A DNA stretch of 41,030 bases from Octopus bimaculoides (GCF_001194135.2 NC_068987.1:70842516-70883545), one strand, 5' to 3'; positions 1 through 12,401 are shown, counted from the stretch's first letter. Notes: generated by a model from the sequence alone, not told the origin. Program-made: numbers and translations.

Positions 1-39
1 ATATACATACATATGTGCACCTGTATATACATATGTATG

Positions 40-79
<40 letters not shown>

Positions 80-143
80 AGAAGAAGAAGAAGAAGAAGA
101 AGAAGAAGAAGAAGAAGAAAAAGAAGAAGAAGAAGAAGAAGAA
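1..143. repeat. Compound microsatellite (TA)n-(GA)n-(GAA)n
   Basis: Direct read; explains the spurious poly-Glu ORF 15..200. Confidence 0.95.
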
Positions 144-1046
144 GTGCATACACGAGTCTCTAAAGAAACTGGCAACACTGATTTGTCTGTGACTAGGTGA
201 ACGGTTGTAAATGGATATTGCGCCGTATTAGAATCGGCTATTAATTGGTTGTCTCCAGTATATTTCCTAGCTAGATTGATTCATTGTTAAGTATATGAAT
301 GGACACGTTAAAAAAAACTTACGAAGCTCAATAGTGGCAAAATGGCTGAAATAAACATCAGACGTGTTGTGCCCGCAGCGTGAACTACAGAAGCTCCTCG
401 CCCCTTATATTATCCTAAGAAGACCCCGTTTATTACAAATATAACGGACGTTAATCGTAAAATTAGACACCCGATTAACAGTGAATTAAATAATATTCTT
501 TCTAATATAGATACAAGTCCTAATAAATTAAACGGGATGTAATTCGTTTCAACTGTGATGAATTTTTAAAATCTCAAAAACAGAAGTATGCCAGAGTTAG
601 ACACACAAAACTTCTGTTTATAAGAACCTAACGGGAACAACTGGACTTTAATATGCATTTGTGTCTGTACAGTGGATTCTGTACGCACAAATATACTACT
701 ATTGAGATATATACTCTCGAGTTATTTTTGCAAACCAAATTTATCTAATTGGTGTCACCTACCTAATCTCATTTGGCACTCCATATCTTCACATCATCTC
801 GTTCCCTCCTTCACACAAATTGTAACAACCACTCCTTGCTACCCTAAATATATGACACTGAGTAATAAATTATTATTTTTTTTCTTTGGTCAATAAGTGT
901 TATTTCCCATTTGCTTCTATCTAGAGATCTACTATTCCTTTGAAACTTTGCTTTTGTCATCTGGAAGTAAATCTTTTGAACCTGACCACTATTCCATTAT
1001 GTTTCTGACAGATTCAGTGCTGAGTTGCTGAAGCAAAAATATCATT

Positions 1047-1208
1047 ACAGCAAATATTCTGCCTAATACCACAGTCTTGCTTATCAGGTGCTTGACCATA
1101 ACCCGTGAACATGTACCTTAGTGGCTGACAATATGTGCATCTCTGATCATTACGAGGAGTAACAGAGGTGCGTCATAGCCATGTATTGAGAGGGAATCTT
1201 TAGGGTTT
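1047..1208 (+). mobile_element. Diverged internal fragment of unclassified (TAA)n-tailed element U
   Basis: acagcaaatattctgcc...gtggctgacaatatgtgcatctctgatca...catagccatgtattgagagg aligns by eye to the reverse complement of about 19540-19710 and to the related part of the 39.3-39.7 kb copy. Confidence 0.8.
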
Positions 1209-1574
1209 CCATAAATGTAACAAAAGCAAAGACTGAAGGAAATGTTAGCCTTTTTTCATATTTTGTAGGGGTAAGCGAATAGGAAATAACAGTTGCTGTC
1301 CAAGGATAAAAATCATCTTACACAGTGTGGGTTATGGCATCCCATCTTTCTCCATATTTATTCCTATAGCTACTCAAACAAAATTGACTGTGTTAATGTC
1401 AATACACTGGAGGGTCTGCAAATGTGATGGCAAATTCCCTAATTTCTGGTGAAACTAGCAGAAATTCTTGAAAAAGTTATCTTCATTTCTCTTTCATTTA
1501 TTGTAATATAAGTGTTTTGGGAAACAGAAACTGAAACCAGTACCACAAGTCGACAAGTAACGCATCAAATACAT

Positions 1575-1739
1575 AGGCGCAGGAGCGGCTATGTCGTAAG
1601 TAGCTTGCTTACCAACCACACGGTTCTGGGTTCAGTCCCATTGCGTGGCACCTTGGGCAAGTGTCTCCTACTATAGCCTCGGGCCGACCAAATCCTTGAG
1701 TGGATTTGGAAGACGGAAACTGAAAAGAAACCTGTCGTA

Positions 1740-1818
<79 letters not shown>

Positions 1819-2075
1819 NNNNNNNNNNTGTGTGTGTGTGTATGTGTATGTGTATGTATGTGTGTGTGTGTGTGTGTTTGTTTTTGTGCCCCTAACATCT
1901 CTTGACAACCGATGCTGGTGTGTTTACGTCCCCGTAACCTAGCGGTTCGGCAAAATCGACCGATAGTATAAGTAATAGGCTTACAAAGAATAATTCCTGG
2001 GGTCGATTTGCTCGACTAAAAGCGGTGACTGAAACAAGTAAATGACTGAAACAAGTAAAAGAGTAAAAGAGTAAA
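1575..2075 (+). mobile_element. tRNA-derived SINE family S1, near full length, with internal (TA)n(TG)n
   Basis: Pol III A-box-like cggctatgtcg and B-box gggttcagtccc; CORE-like accttgggcaagtgtct; internal microsatellite containing a 10-N gap; tail gactgaaacaagtaaaagagtaaaagag. A homologous copy lies at 9994-10350. Confidence 0.9.
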
Positions 2076-2639
2076 GAGAGAGAGAGTGCAATCGCACTTA
2101 ACACTGCTAATATATGACATATGAATTTACTAGTTAGATCGGCTAGGGAATCATGTTTACCAACAATTGCTTTTACTTCTATCCATTCTTCTCGGCTAAT
2201 TGCGTTTTTAATAAGAAATATAGGTCATTGTTAATTTTCTGCCTGAGATGAAGAAATGAAATTGTACACCCAATAGGTTCATGATATAGAAATCATATTG
2301 TAATTTCAAATATAGATATGTAGGTTAGTCAAGTCCTCCAGTAGTTCAGCTATTAACGTCATAAAAATTCACAAAATAAAATTATTTTGCAGTGGCATAT
2401 CAGAAACACTTCGGGTAGCAGTAGTTTAATCTAGACAAAATTCAAAATTTAATCTTTCTGGAATATTAATATCATTCTTTCATTTCATAAAAGCTAAGGA
2501 ACATAATGATTGTTGCTGAAAATTAATTTCCTTGCTAACAGGTTTTTTAAAAAATATATTTTAAATGTCTGTAATAACTGTATTAAATGTGCATTACTAA
2601 TTTATGCATTATACAATATCATTTTATATATAGTCTGTG

Positions 2640-2989
2640 TATAGGTCTGTATTTCTAAACGATTGTGTTTGTGTGTGTGTTTCTGTGTGTGTGAGTATAT
2701 TCATATACAATAAATTCGTACATATACATATACGACAACGATTATATGCAATTATAAATACACTTTCATAAATACACATAAACATAAGCACATGCATACA
2801 CACTCATATGCACATAAGTATGTTCACATAAATGAACACACAGATGCATACACATACATAAAACATACATATCAGCATCGTAATTATGAATTGTATATGT
2901 GTGTGGACATATAGAACTATATACATATATGTACATATATAGATTTTTATATGTATTTACACACACACAAACACATATATATATACACA

Positions 2990-3020
<31 letters not shown>

Positions 3021-3120
3021 GAATATATATGTATATTTGTGTATGTATGTGTGTTAGAAAGAGAGAGGGAGAGAGAGAGCGAAATAGAGAGAGATAGAGA
3101 AAGAAAGAGAGAGAGAGAGA
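2640..3120. repeat. Low-complexity compound (TA/CA/TG/GA)n tract
   Basis: Direct read; source of the ICVCV-type ORFs. Confidence 0.85.
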
Positions 3121-3490
3121 ATGTGTAACACGTTCATAATCAAGTAATACGAAATGTGGATAAAAATCAATAAAAATACATCAGTCAGAAATGAAATTCA
3201 TCAATAAAAACCATATTACTTTCGTTAAAAGACTATATTTTTTTGTATAAACGTATTCATATTTCTTGTGGTTTTCTACTGATTTCCGTGTCGTTCTAAA
3301 TAAATATTTATTAATTGCAAGAGCTTATGCAACTCACATTGTTTTTATTCGAGAAATATGTAAAATATACATTTGTAAGAATATTTCGTAATAAAAGAGA
3401 ACTTAGTTTTCTATTCTGCTTTCTGTCACGCGGTATTTCACTCAAGTAAATGCATGTGTGGGTAAAATTGTTTAAATAATTTTCTTTGGT

Positions 3491-3527
<37 letters not shown>

Positions 3528-3915
3528 NNNNNNNNNNNNNNNNNNNNNNNNNNNNNNNNNNNNNNNNNNNNNNNNNNNNNNNNNNNNNNNNNNNNNNNNN
3601 NNNNNNNNNNNNNNNNNNNNNNNNNNNNNNNNNNNNNNNNNNNNNNNNNNNNNNNNNNNNNNNNNNNNNNNNNNNNNNNNNNNNNNNNNNNNNNNNNNNN
3701 NNNNNNNNNNNNNNNNNNNNNNNNNNNNNNNNNNNNNNNNNNNNNNNNNNNNNNNNNNNNNNNNNNNNNNNNNNNNNNNNNNNNNNNNNNNNNNNNNNNN
3801 NNNNNNNNNNNNNNNNNNNNNNNNNNNNNNNNNNNNNNNNNNNNNNNNNNNNNNNNNNNNNNNNNNNNNNNNNNNNNNNNNNNNNNNNNNNNNNNNNNNN
3901 NNNNNNNNNNNNNNN
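3528..3915. other. Assembly gap (388 N) flanked by (TA)n
   Basis: N-run. Confidence 0.99.
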
Positions 3916-3964
3916 ATATATATATATGTGTGTGTATATATATATGTAGATCATGATTTTGTAA

Positions 3965-4548
3965 TTATTGCAGTATTATGCATTTTCCTGATGTAGACCA
4001 TCCGATCCGAAAGAGCTGAGGATATTTGCGAAATCCCTTCCTTAGTTCTTTCAAGACATCTGTAACGTAATCGTTGTTGACCCTCTCCGGCAAGAGGGTC
4101 ACCCGTAAATGTAATCATGCACTTACTGTGAAAAAAGGTGATCATCATGAACACCCCTGTTGACTGGCTTGTAGAGGTCTTTTGTGGTCTGAAGAAATGA
4201 GGATGCTTCCGTTAGATGCTCTATGTCTAGGTCCCTAAATAACAGTATTTTCAGATTTCATGCCGTTTGAACAGACACGCAAGAACTTAAACAGCTCCCT
4301 TTTGTTACCAGCGCCTCTTTTGTACAGTTCATCACTGAGCCCCCTCGGAACAAACTTCGCACAAATTGTTTGCTTATTGAGATATTCATGAATAATTCCA
4401 TGTACAGTTGCCCAACCAACTCCAAACAGAATACTTATTGTATGCATAGCCACACAGAGGTCTTCATCCAGCAAATTTTTTCGAACCAGCTCTGACGTTC
4501 TTATGCCCCGCTCCCTCTACTGCCTTTGAACTCCCTGTGCCAGACAAA
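3965..4548 (-). pseudogene. Decayed mariner-family transposase fragment
   Basis: Minus-strand translation across stops and frameshifts: VWHREFKGSR, LLDEDLCVAMHTISILFGVGWATVHGIIHEYLNKQTICAKFVPRGLSDE (HTH plus WVPxxL-type motif), and KHPHFFRPQKTSTSQSTGVFMMITFFHSKCMI (resembles mariner WKHP..SPRPKK..SAGKVMxxxFFDxKG). Confidence 0.8.
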
Positions 4549-5104
4549 AGAAGAGGGCTTATCTCATACAAATTAATTCATAAACATTCTGAAGCATTTC
4601 GTAAGTCTCTGTACTGGTTTTGTCCGTTTTAACCAAATCTTTATTGCATAGAGAGCATCCAAATTGTCTACAGCTCCTCACAGCATTCTACAAAATAGTC
4701 ACCTGTACAATTTGGTATTACTGCCGTCTCCTTCAATCTGCAATAAACAGTTGGCATGCCAGCTTATTAGATGAATAATAATGATATACTAAAATTACAA
4801 TAATCTCGGGTATTTATAACAGCCATTCACCAAAACGTCTGAAAATATAAGGATATATTGTTGCTGGATAGTAATATTATTTTTAATAATATTTATATTT
4901 CTTGCATATCTTTTCACTGACCTTGGTTCTGTTTTTGAACGTGTAAACACGTCCTTTTCATTTCATTAAGTATATACCTGCATTGACAGTTCAAGCGACG
5001 CACAAGCTCACCTACATATTTACAAATACCAAGAACTCTCTTAACTGAACAATTGATGTCTCTTTATTAGCGACCGGCTCGAAATCTCTCAAGAAAACTT
5101 AAAT

Positions 5105-5350
5105 TTAACTCAAAAAAATGTCATACATACCTCGTGAAAATCAGCTTCGCTGCGGATCTTTACATGAAGCTAAAGCTCAGCGAAAAACGAAATACCTACG
5201 CTGAACTATTGAGAATCTTCAATTACTCTATCCAAATTAAAAGTTCAGGCTTATACTTGTGATTATTGGGACACCGGGATATTTAACACACTGCCTGAGT
5301 ACAAATCTTAACAAACTAGGCTTCTCAAAATCAGAAAGGAGAAAACAGAA
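5105..5350 (+). mobile_element. RLE-domain remnant of an RLE-class non-LTR retrotransposon (family distinct from the TAA clusters)
   Basis: Plus-strand translation KCHTYLVKISFAADLYMKLKLSEKRNTYAELLR / NLQLLYPN*KFRLILVIIGTPGYLTHCLSTNLNKLGFSKSERRK matches the RLE layout (E.SC.AD ... EK..Y..L ... P.IVGALG). Confidence 0.7.
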
Positions 5351-5473
5351 ATTTGCCATTTAAGTATATGTGCGCATGTCTAGACATGCAGTTATATACA
5401 TAAGAATAAATACAGAAAATAAAAACAGAAATCTGTACTCCACTTCGAATATTACACATATATAAAAGTATAT

Positions 5474-5854
5474 GTTGGCACTCCGTCGCTTACGACGTCG
5501 AGGATTCCAGTTGATCCGATCAACGGAACAGCCTGCTCGTGAAATGACCGCGCAAGTGGCTGAGCACTCCACAGACACATGTACCCTTAACGTAGTTCTC
5601 GGAGATATTCAGCGTGATACAGTGTGACAAGGCCGACCCTTTGAATTACAGGCACAACAGAAACAGGAAATAAGAGTGAGAGAAAGTTGTGGTGGAAGAG
5701 TACATCAGGTTTCACCGACATCCCCTGCCGGAGCCTCGTGGGGCCTTTTAGGTGTTTTCGCTCAATAAACAGTCACAATGCCCGGTCTGGGAATCGAAAC
5801 CGCGATCCTATGACCGCGAGTCCGCTGCCCTAACCACTGGGCAATTGCGGCTCC
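5474..5854 (-). mobile_element. tRNA-derived SINE family S3, full length, 12-bp TSD
   Basis: Minus-strand head ggagccgcaattgcccagtggttagggcagcggactcgcggtcataggatcgcggtttcgattccc (A and B boxes). Direct repeat ATAAAAGTATAT at 5462-5473 and 5855-5866. Confidence 0.92.
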
Positions 5855-6836
5855 ATAAAAGTATATACATATAAAAATACCCCATTAATGTTGTTGAAAT
5901 TCCATTGCATATGTCTTTGATGTCTTTGATCTAATTTAGGAGTCGGCGTATTCTCTATTGGAAAGACATTTTGAAGTAAAACTGAATAATGACATGCATA
6001 TGACTACATGTACATATGATTGTTTGTAACTGCAAGCGCTGGTTCCTAGCCACCAGGTTTTCAAATCTTACTTTCTCCGTCGTCTGACATTATATTTAGT
6101 GTGATAATAGTAGATACGAAGTTTGAATAAACGTTTGTAAGATATCAACTGTAACAATCTTGAATAAGCTTGAATAAAACTTCCCATATTTTAATGTATC
6201 CTTTTATACATATACTTGAGGAAAAATTTATTTTCTTAAAAATAAATATGAATGGTAATGGAATGTTAATGCAAATATGAATTGTGAATCAAATGATCTT
6301 ATTTGGAGCATTACATTCCTACAGTGCAGTGAGAATATATTAACCAAACTGGATGAAAATTATTACATCCATTTGGAGTACTTAAACAACAATCTGTTTA
6401 GAATGTTCCATATAGTCACCATTTAGACATGTGTGCAAATGGAAATTTCAAAATGTTTCCTTTTTTTCAAGACAATACTAGAAAATGATTAGCCACGAAA
6501 GGCAAAAGAAGAATACTTTCTAAGAAGTCTGTTTTCAAACTGAACCGGAAACAGTCAATACCTCTATTAAAACAACTTCCTCTACACGGTTTAAACCATT
6601 ACACTTGTGTTTGAAAAACTATTATGAGCGAAAATGCTTACATACAATAAGAAAATATATTTTCAAAATATTTCTCTCATTCTGGGTACTTTCAAAGATA
6701 ATTTTTTTTATTTCAGTTTACGTCACAGTTTTAAATTTAATAAAACATTCTTCAGATACTGCAACTCTAACAATAATTCTTAGCAAAAACGTCTTTTGAA
6801 TATGTGCTTATATGTGTACGTGGATGTGTGTGCGTG

Positions 6837-6868
<32 letters not shown>

Positions 6869-7131
6869 CGTGTGAGTGAATGTGTGTGCGTGTGAGCGCA
6901 ATGGAAGTTTGGAATGGAGACTATTCCAGTGTATTCATTAAAACGTGTACTTGATAACGTGCACTGAAGAACCTCCACCTATTTATGAACCTCCACCTAT
7001 TTATATATGCATGTATGCATGTATGTATGTATATATGTATGTATGTGAAAAACATCTTAAAGCACTGTAGAAATCATACCTGATATCACTCTAGACAGTG
7101 CAAACAAGAATTTTTTATGCATTGACAAACA

Positions 7132-7694
7132 TAGGGTGCGGCAAAGCGAACGGACCTCTTTTCAAAAATTCACAAAATTATTTATTTTAGCTGTAGAAAA
7201 ATTTTATTGACATCAATGTGTCTGTATGAATTAGCATTTATTAAAATTAAGTGTGGAAAACAACATCCATCATGTGTTGTCCGTTTTCCCTGATGCATTT
7301 CTGAAGGCGTTCTTGGACGTTGGCCCTCACACTCTCCAACATTGCTCTGTGCATAATCCTATGGTTTCAACTGTTGCCCGATGAACAGTTTTTACGGGTG
7401 CAAATGCAGGTTTTCATGCAAAATACGCCTTACTGATCGATTACCGATGCTAAGTTCTGTAGAATGCTTTCCAGCAGAGCGATAATTCTGACACCGTATC
7501 ACAGCTTGTCTGACGTGCAACTGTTGTAGGCAAACATGCAATGCTCTATCGTCCACAGTGCCATGGCATCACCTGAAAAGTAAAAAGAATGCTAAGACAC
7601 CACGGACTGTATGATACCTGTCGAACATATGTACCTTCCCCTGGAACTCAGTAATAGCCATTTCAGAAACGTCCGTTCTCTCTGTCTCACCCTG
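7132..7694 (-). mobile_element. Internally deleted non-autonomous Tc1/mariner-superfamily element
   Basis: Degenerate ~27-bp TIRs (tagggtgcggcaaagcgaacggac versus reverse complement cagggtgagacagagagaacggac), right end followed by TA. The minus strand encodes MALWTIEHCMFAY, SAGKHSTELSIGNRSVRRILHENLHLHP*K (HTH region), joined directly to the C-terminal MLESVRANVQERLQKCIRENGQHMMDV. Confidence 0.78.
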
Positions 7695-8000
7695 TACAAA
7701 CACCGACCAGCAAATAATTTTGTTCGCTGAAAGCAAAAGAAACTCGTTAGATCGGCAAGTCTCACAGTTCCGGTTACATCTTGTGGACGATGCAAAACAT
7801 ATTGAAACACCAGCTTCGCAGAATGTTGTTCACCAATGAGATCAGTGACTTAATCATACTATTGACTAAGCTGTAGGTTATATGTACTAAAGGCGAACAC
7901 TACTACGTCCAGCTTATCCAACATATTTTGTGTCCCGAACCTGGTTAGACATGTTGCGAATAAATATGCAGGCATTCATCGAATATATACTCTCTCGGAA

Positions 8001-8345
8001 TTAAATATCGTTGATAATTTCTGTGATTCCTCGATATTTTCTATAATTCATTATGCTGATTTCGCATATTTGATGCTGTCGATATATATTCGAGTACATC
8101 AGTGTTAATCTGAGCCTATTAAATGTATTTACCTTTAAACACAGGTGCAATATTGTGGTGTCTGTCTTAATCAATTGATTCAGAACGCATTCATTTCGGA
8201 CGTAGTTTTTCATCTTACAGAACCTGGAAGGATTATAAGCGAAGTTGACTTTGGTAAGATTTAGGCAAATGTGTGAACAAATACAAGACAATTTTTCTAA
8301 TCGTCTAAGTTTTCTGCTACTCTCACCATATTTATCTCTCATGAA
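8001..8345 (-). mobile_element. Possible N-terminal remnant of a Penelope-like retroelement ORF
   Basis: 113-aa ORF starting MRDKYGESSRKLRRLEKL...FCKMKNYVRN resembles Penelope N-termini (KYG..KL.R.LEK...RCK.N). Similarity by eye only. Confidence 0.3.
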
Positions 8346-9091
8346 ATGTATTGATATCAGCGTCGTGAAGTGATTACTAAGTGAAATCGAAACTGAGTTC
8401 TAAATATGGCAAACAGGGACATTAACACTTTACTACGTAGCCCTCCATCTAACTACTTCTTTATTAATATTCATTGAACCAACGAAGAAAGAAAAGTAAA
8501 AAAAATCTGAATTGAATTAAAGAAAACAAATCAATAATATTTGTTCACAATGTATTAACTTGGAAAAAAGAGATCTATATCTTTAGGTTTAATTAGAAGG
8601 AGCTGTGCGAGAATATAAATTAGAATAGCAAGTGATATAATTCTGTAATTTTCTCGACCAACTGCTGGTTTTCGAAATTTGTCTTCACTTCAAGTGCAAA
8701 GGGGTTAGATTTACGAAAAAGAAAATGCCTAACATAGTTATGGAAATACCAATTTAGTAGCCATTACTTCTGCAAGCGATTAATAAATCAACACCAACGA
8801 TAATAATGAAGAATGAATATTTAAAATACTTTAAAATTTTAATAACCACGCCAACGGAGCCGTATTGATTTGATTATGTAAGATATGGTTCTGTTCTATA
8901 TTGAGAATTATGGAACAAATTTAGTACGATCTCAAAATATTCATATATTTCCATTTTATTTGACAAAATTTTAATGTATTCTTCTTTCGTCATAGGACAT
9001 ATTTTAAAATAAGATACGCGTGCAAGATTTTTGTGAGTGTACGTGTATGCTGAAAATAAATATGCCATAGCATCTTCGGCAAAACGGAGTT

Positions 9092-9337
9092 AGTTGTTCC
9101 ATCAGATAATTGACCTCTTCAGAATATACGAATAAGTGAGCATTCCACAAACGCGTGTAAACTTAAGCAATTCTCACAACCAGGATCAGCGAGTTTGTGA
9201 CAAGGCTGTGCCTTTTCAGTTACAAGTGCTATCCTCCCGTGTGCATCTATAAAGATTCGGACTCCCTGGATTTAGACAGATATGATTGGCTTAACGAATG
9301 CTTTCGAACCGACGATCTCCTGATTACGAAGCAAACT
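9092..9337 (-). mobile_element. Old, degenerate S3 SINE copy
   Basis: tgagcattccacaaacgcgtgtaaacttaa...gtgacaaggctgtgccttttcagttacaag and ttcgaaccgacgatctcctgattacgaag are collinear with 5500-5830. Confidence 0.6.
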
Positions 9338-9993
9338 TGAAGTTGATCTAAAGTATGGACGTCCTGCAAGTGCCACCAACGAGAACACATTGCTCATTTT
9401 CACCAAATTGTGATGTACAATACGCGATTGACTTTAAATAAAATATTCAATGCTGTTAGCATATCCTGTGAGAGAACTGAGAATATTCTTCACAGTCACC
9501 TTGGCATGACAAAGGTCTCTATTGGATAGGTTCCACAACCTCTGACTTCTGATTAAAATGTGCCAGGAAGATCACATCTCAGTAAAATATGACATTGTTC
9601 TAAGCAGGTCCAGTTAGTTTCCTTGAAAGTTTCCTAACCGAATGTTAGTTTCATCACTTTGAGTAAGGGAGAAATAGACAACCCATGCAGTGGACACACG
9701 TCACCTCCCCTTTTGGTCACATACATGAGGAGGATTCCGATAGAATCAGGTACTTGAAAAGGTATACACCAGGTAGGATTGGGTAATGTCTGTGGTTCCG
9801 ACCTATGGGTGGTGAGAGACGAAATTTCAGATAGAATATTTCGGTTGTGTAGACAGAAAACCAAACCTATGAATATTCAGCGCATAACTTTGAATAGTAC
9901 GACGTTGGTATAATCTAGGTTGTCCGACAAGTCGTAAATCCTTTGATGCATTGTAAATCCCTTGGTATATTGTATTGAAATGAATAATAACTT

Positions 9994-10184
9994 AGGTGCA
10001 GGAGTAGCTGTGCGTTAAGTAGCTTGCTTACCAACCATATGGTTCCGGGTTCAGTCCCATTGCATTGCGCATTGGGCAAGTGTCTTCTACAATAGCCTCG
10101 GGCCGACTACAGCCTTGTGAGTGTATTTGATAGAAGGAAACTGAAAGAATCTCGTCGTGTATATATATATATATATGTGTGTTT

Positions 10185-10266
<82 letters not shown>

Positions 10267-10350
10267 CTCACATCGCTTGACAACCGATGTCGGTATGTTT
10301 AGGTCCCCGTAAGATAGCAGTTCGGCAAAACGGACCGATAGAATAAGTAT
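9994..10350 (+). mobile_element. S1 SINE, 3'-incomplete, with internal (TA)n(TG)n
   Basis: aggtgcaggagtagctgtg...gggttcagtcccattgc...gggcaagtgtcttctac...gacaaccgatg...ttcggcaaaacggaccgatagaataagta, collinear with 1575-1975. Confidence 0.9.
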
Positions 10351-11243
10351 TATTCTTAACCTAAACTGCCAGCATAGTTGCCCATTCTCCCATTCATAAC
10401 TGGCCTCCACATACATATCCCTGGATATTCTTTTATATTGTAAAATTAATTGTCATCTGATAATTACAGTCTGTTATTATGATGATGTAGTGTTATCATT
10501 CTTCTATTAAAGGTTACGTTAGAAAAAGTTGTAATAAGCTGACAATTATCCATCGCATGTTATTATGTATTGGATAAGTGTGTGTGCGTGTGTATGTATG
10601 TATGTATGTATGTGGGTGTCTGTGTATGCATTCTGTCTGTCTGTAGGTATATATGTGAGGGTCGGTGTATGCGTGCTTGTATGTGTGTGCATATACGGCA
10701 AGACGAAAATGGAGGGGATACAGAAATAATATGAATCAACTGTTAGACATTATATTACGTCTATTTATTTATTCTATAACATTTATGAGAATATATACAT
10801 ATGTAAAGATTGTGTATTATATACATACGTACCAGTAATTCATAGAATAGAAAAAGAACAATTTGTTACTGCCGTTTCTGCCAAAATCTCACAATACCCT
10901 ACACGTTGTTATTTCCATCTCTGCAGTGTTCTGTAGAGATTGGCAGATAAAATTGGAGTATTGAGTGTACCTCTAGGCTTCATCAGAGAGTTTAAAAGAG
11001 GGTTTAAAAAGTTCAGAGGGCTAATGCATGCATATATAAATATACATATACACACTCCTATATATATATATATATATATATACATGTGTGTGTGTGTGTA
11101 CAGACATATACACATACACATACATATATATAAGAATCAGTTACCAGTAGGTACAGTACATCGTTCCTATTAAAGAGTGTATAAGAAAAGTAATAATAAG
11201 AGCAAAATAGGAGCAAGTAATAGAGTTTGAGAGTCGTGACCAA

Positions 11244-11681
11244 NNNNNNNNNNNNNNNNNNNNNNNNNNNNNNNNNNNNNNNNNNNNNNNNNNNNNNNNN
11301 NNNNNNNNNNNNNNNNNNNNNNNNNNNNNNNNNNNNNNNNNNNNNNNNNNNNNNNNNNNNNNNNNNNNNNNNNNNNNNNNNNNNNNNNNNNNNNNNNNNN
11401 NNNNNNNNNNNNNNNNNNNNNNNNNNNNNNNNNNNNNNNNNNNNNNNNNNNNNNNNNNNNNNNNNNNNNNNNNNNNNNNNNNNNNNNNNNNNNNNNNNNN
11501 NNNNNNNNNNNNNNNNNNNNNNNNNNNNNNNNNNNNNNNNNNNNNNNNNNNNNNNNNNNNNNNNNNNNNNNNNNNNNNNNNNNNNNNNNNNNNNNNNNNN
11601 NNNNNNNNNNNNNNNNNNNNNNNNNNNNNNNNNNNNNNNNNNNNNNNNNNNNNNNNNNNNNNNNNNNNNNNNNNNNNNNNN
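11244..11681. other. Assembly gap (438 N), (GA)n on right edge
   Basis: N-run. Confidence 0.99.
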
Positions 11682-11720
<39 letters not shown>

Positions 11721-12352
11721 TGTGAGATACAGAGGTTCTCAATATAGAAAACACATAGAATTTGTACTATGGAATCCTTACATACATCATATGTTGATTC
11801 GCCGAAAAGCGAAAACGTATGGAACTCAATACAGAAATCTATATTCACCTGTTTTTTGTGCGTATGTAGCCATGTATATTTGTCTGCATGCATGTATGTA
11901 AGATCTAAGTAAAATTTTTTAATTCAAAGATACTTTGTTTGCTATATTAATTCTGTGAAGAATGGTGTTTATCATTTAGAAATGCTATATAGTAAATTAT
12001 TAATGGAAGATAATTTACATCGCACCGTATTCGTAGAACAGTTAGTAATTCGCTAAGGAAGTAATTTCTAAAACTTAGTAATTAGTGTTTTCTGACATTC
12101 CATTATTAATCCACAAATGAATAAAACTTGAGTATCGTAATACCTATTATTTAAACTAAATCATTTTAATATGAATGTGAATCTTACTTGTAACACTCTA
12201 GAGCGAAAAATATATATAAGAGATATCAAAAATACGCCGCTGCCTTATGATTTTTCTTACACCATACACAGTTTTTCTTTCGTTTTTTTTAGAAGAATCT
12301 TTTTTTTGTTTTCGGTATATTTATAAAGATTTAAATACGCATATTGATACAT

Positions 12353-12370
12353 ACATAGATACATACATAC

Positions 12371-12401
<31 letters not shown>

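Noticed and set aside
15-200. Poly-Glu ORF and the many ICVCV, THTH, YIYI, SLSL, poly-I/L/N/D/H ORFs in the track
   Set aside because: Translations of di- and trinucleotide microsatellites; no domain content.
5780-5854. tRNA gene calls at SINE heads (also 1575, 9994, 25024, 25961, 27198)
   Set aside because: A/B boxes are followed by SINE bodies, lack a full cloverleaf acceptor stem, and some have TSDs; these are SINEs, not tRNAs.
10860-10960. Minus-strand acceptor tctacAG followed by a short open frame NTAEMEITTCR
   Set aside because: Very short, ambiguous donor, no recognisable protein, and shares a motif with 4.7 kb that suggests a repeat.
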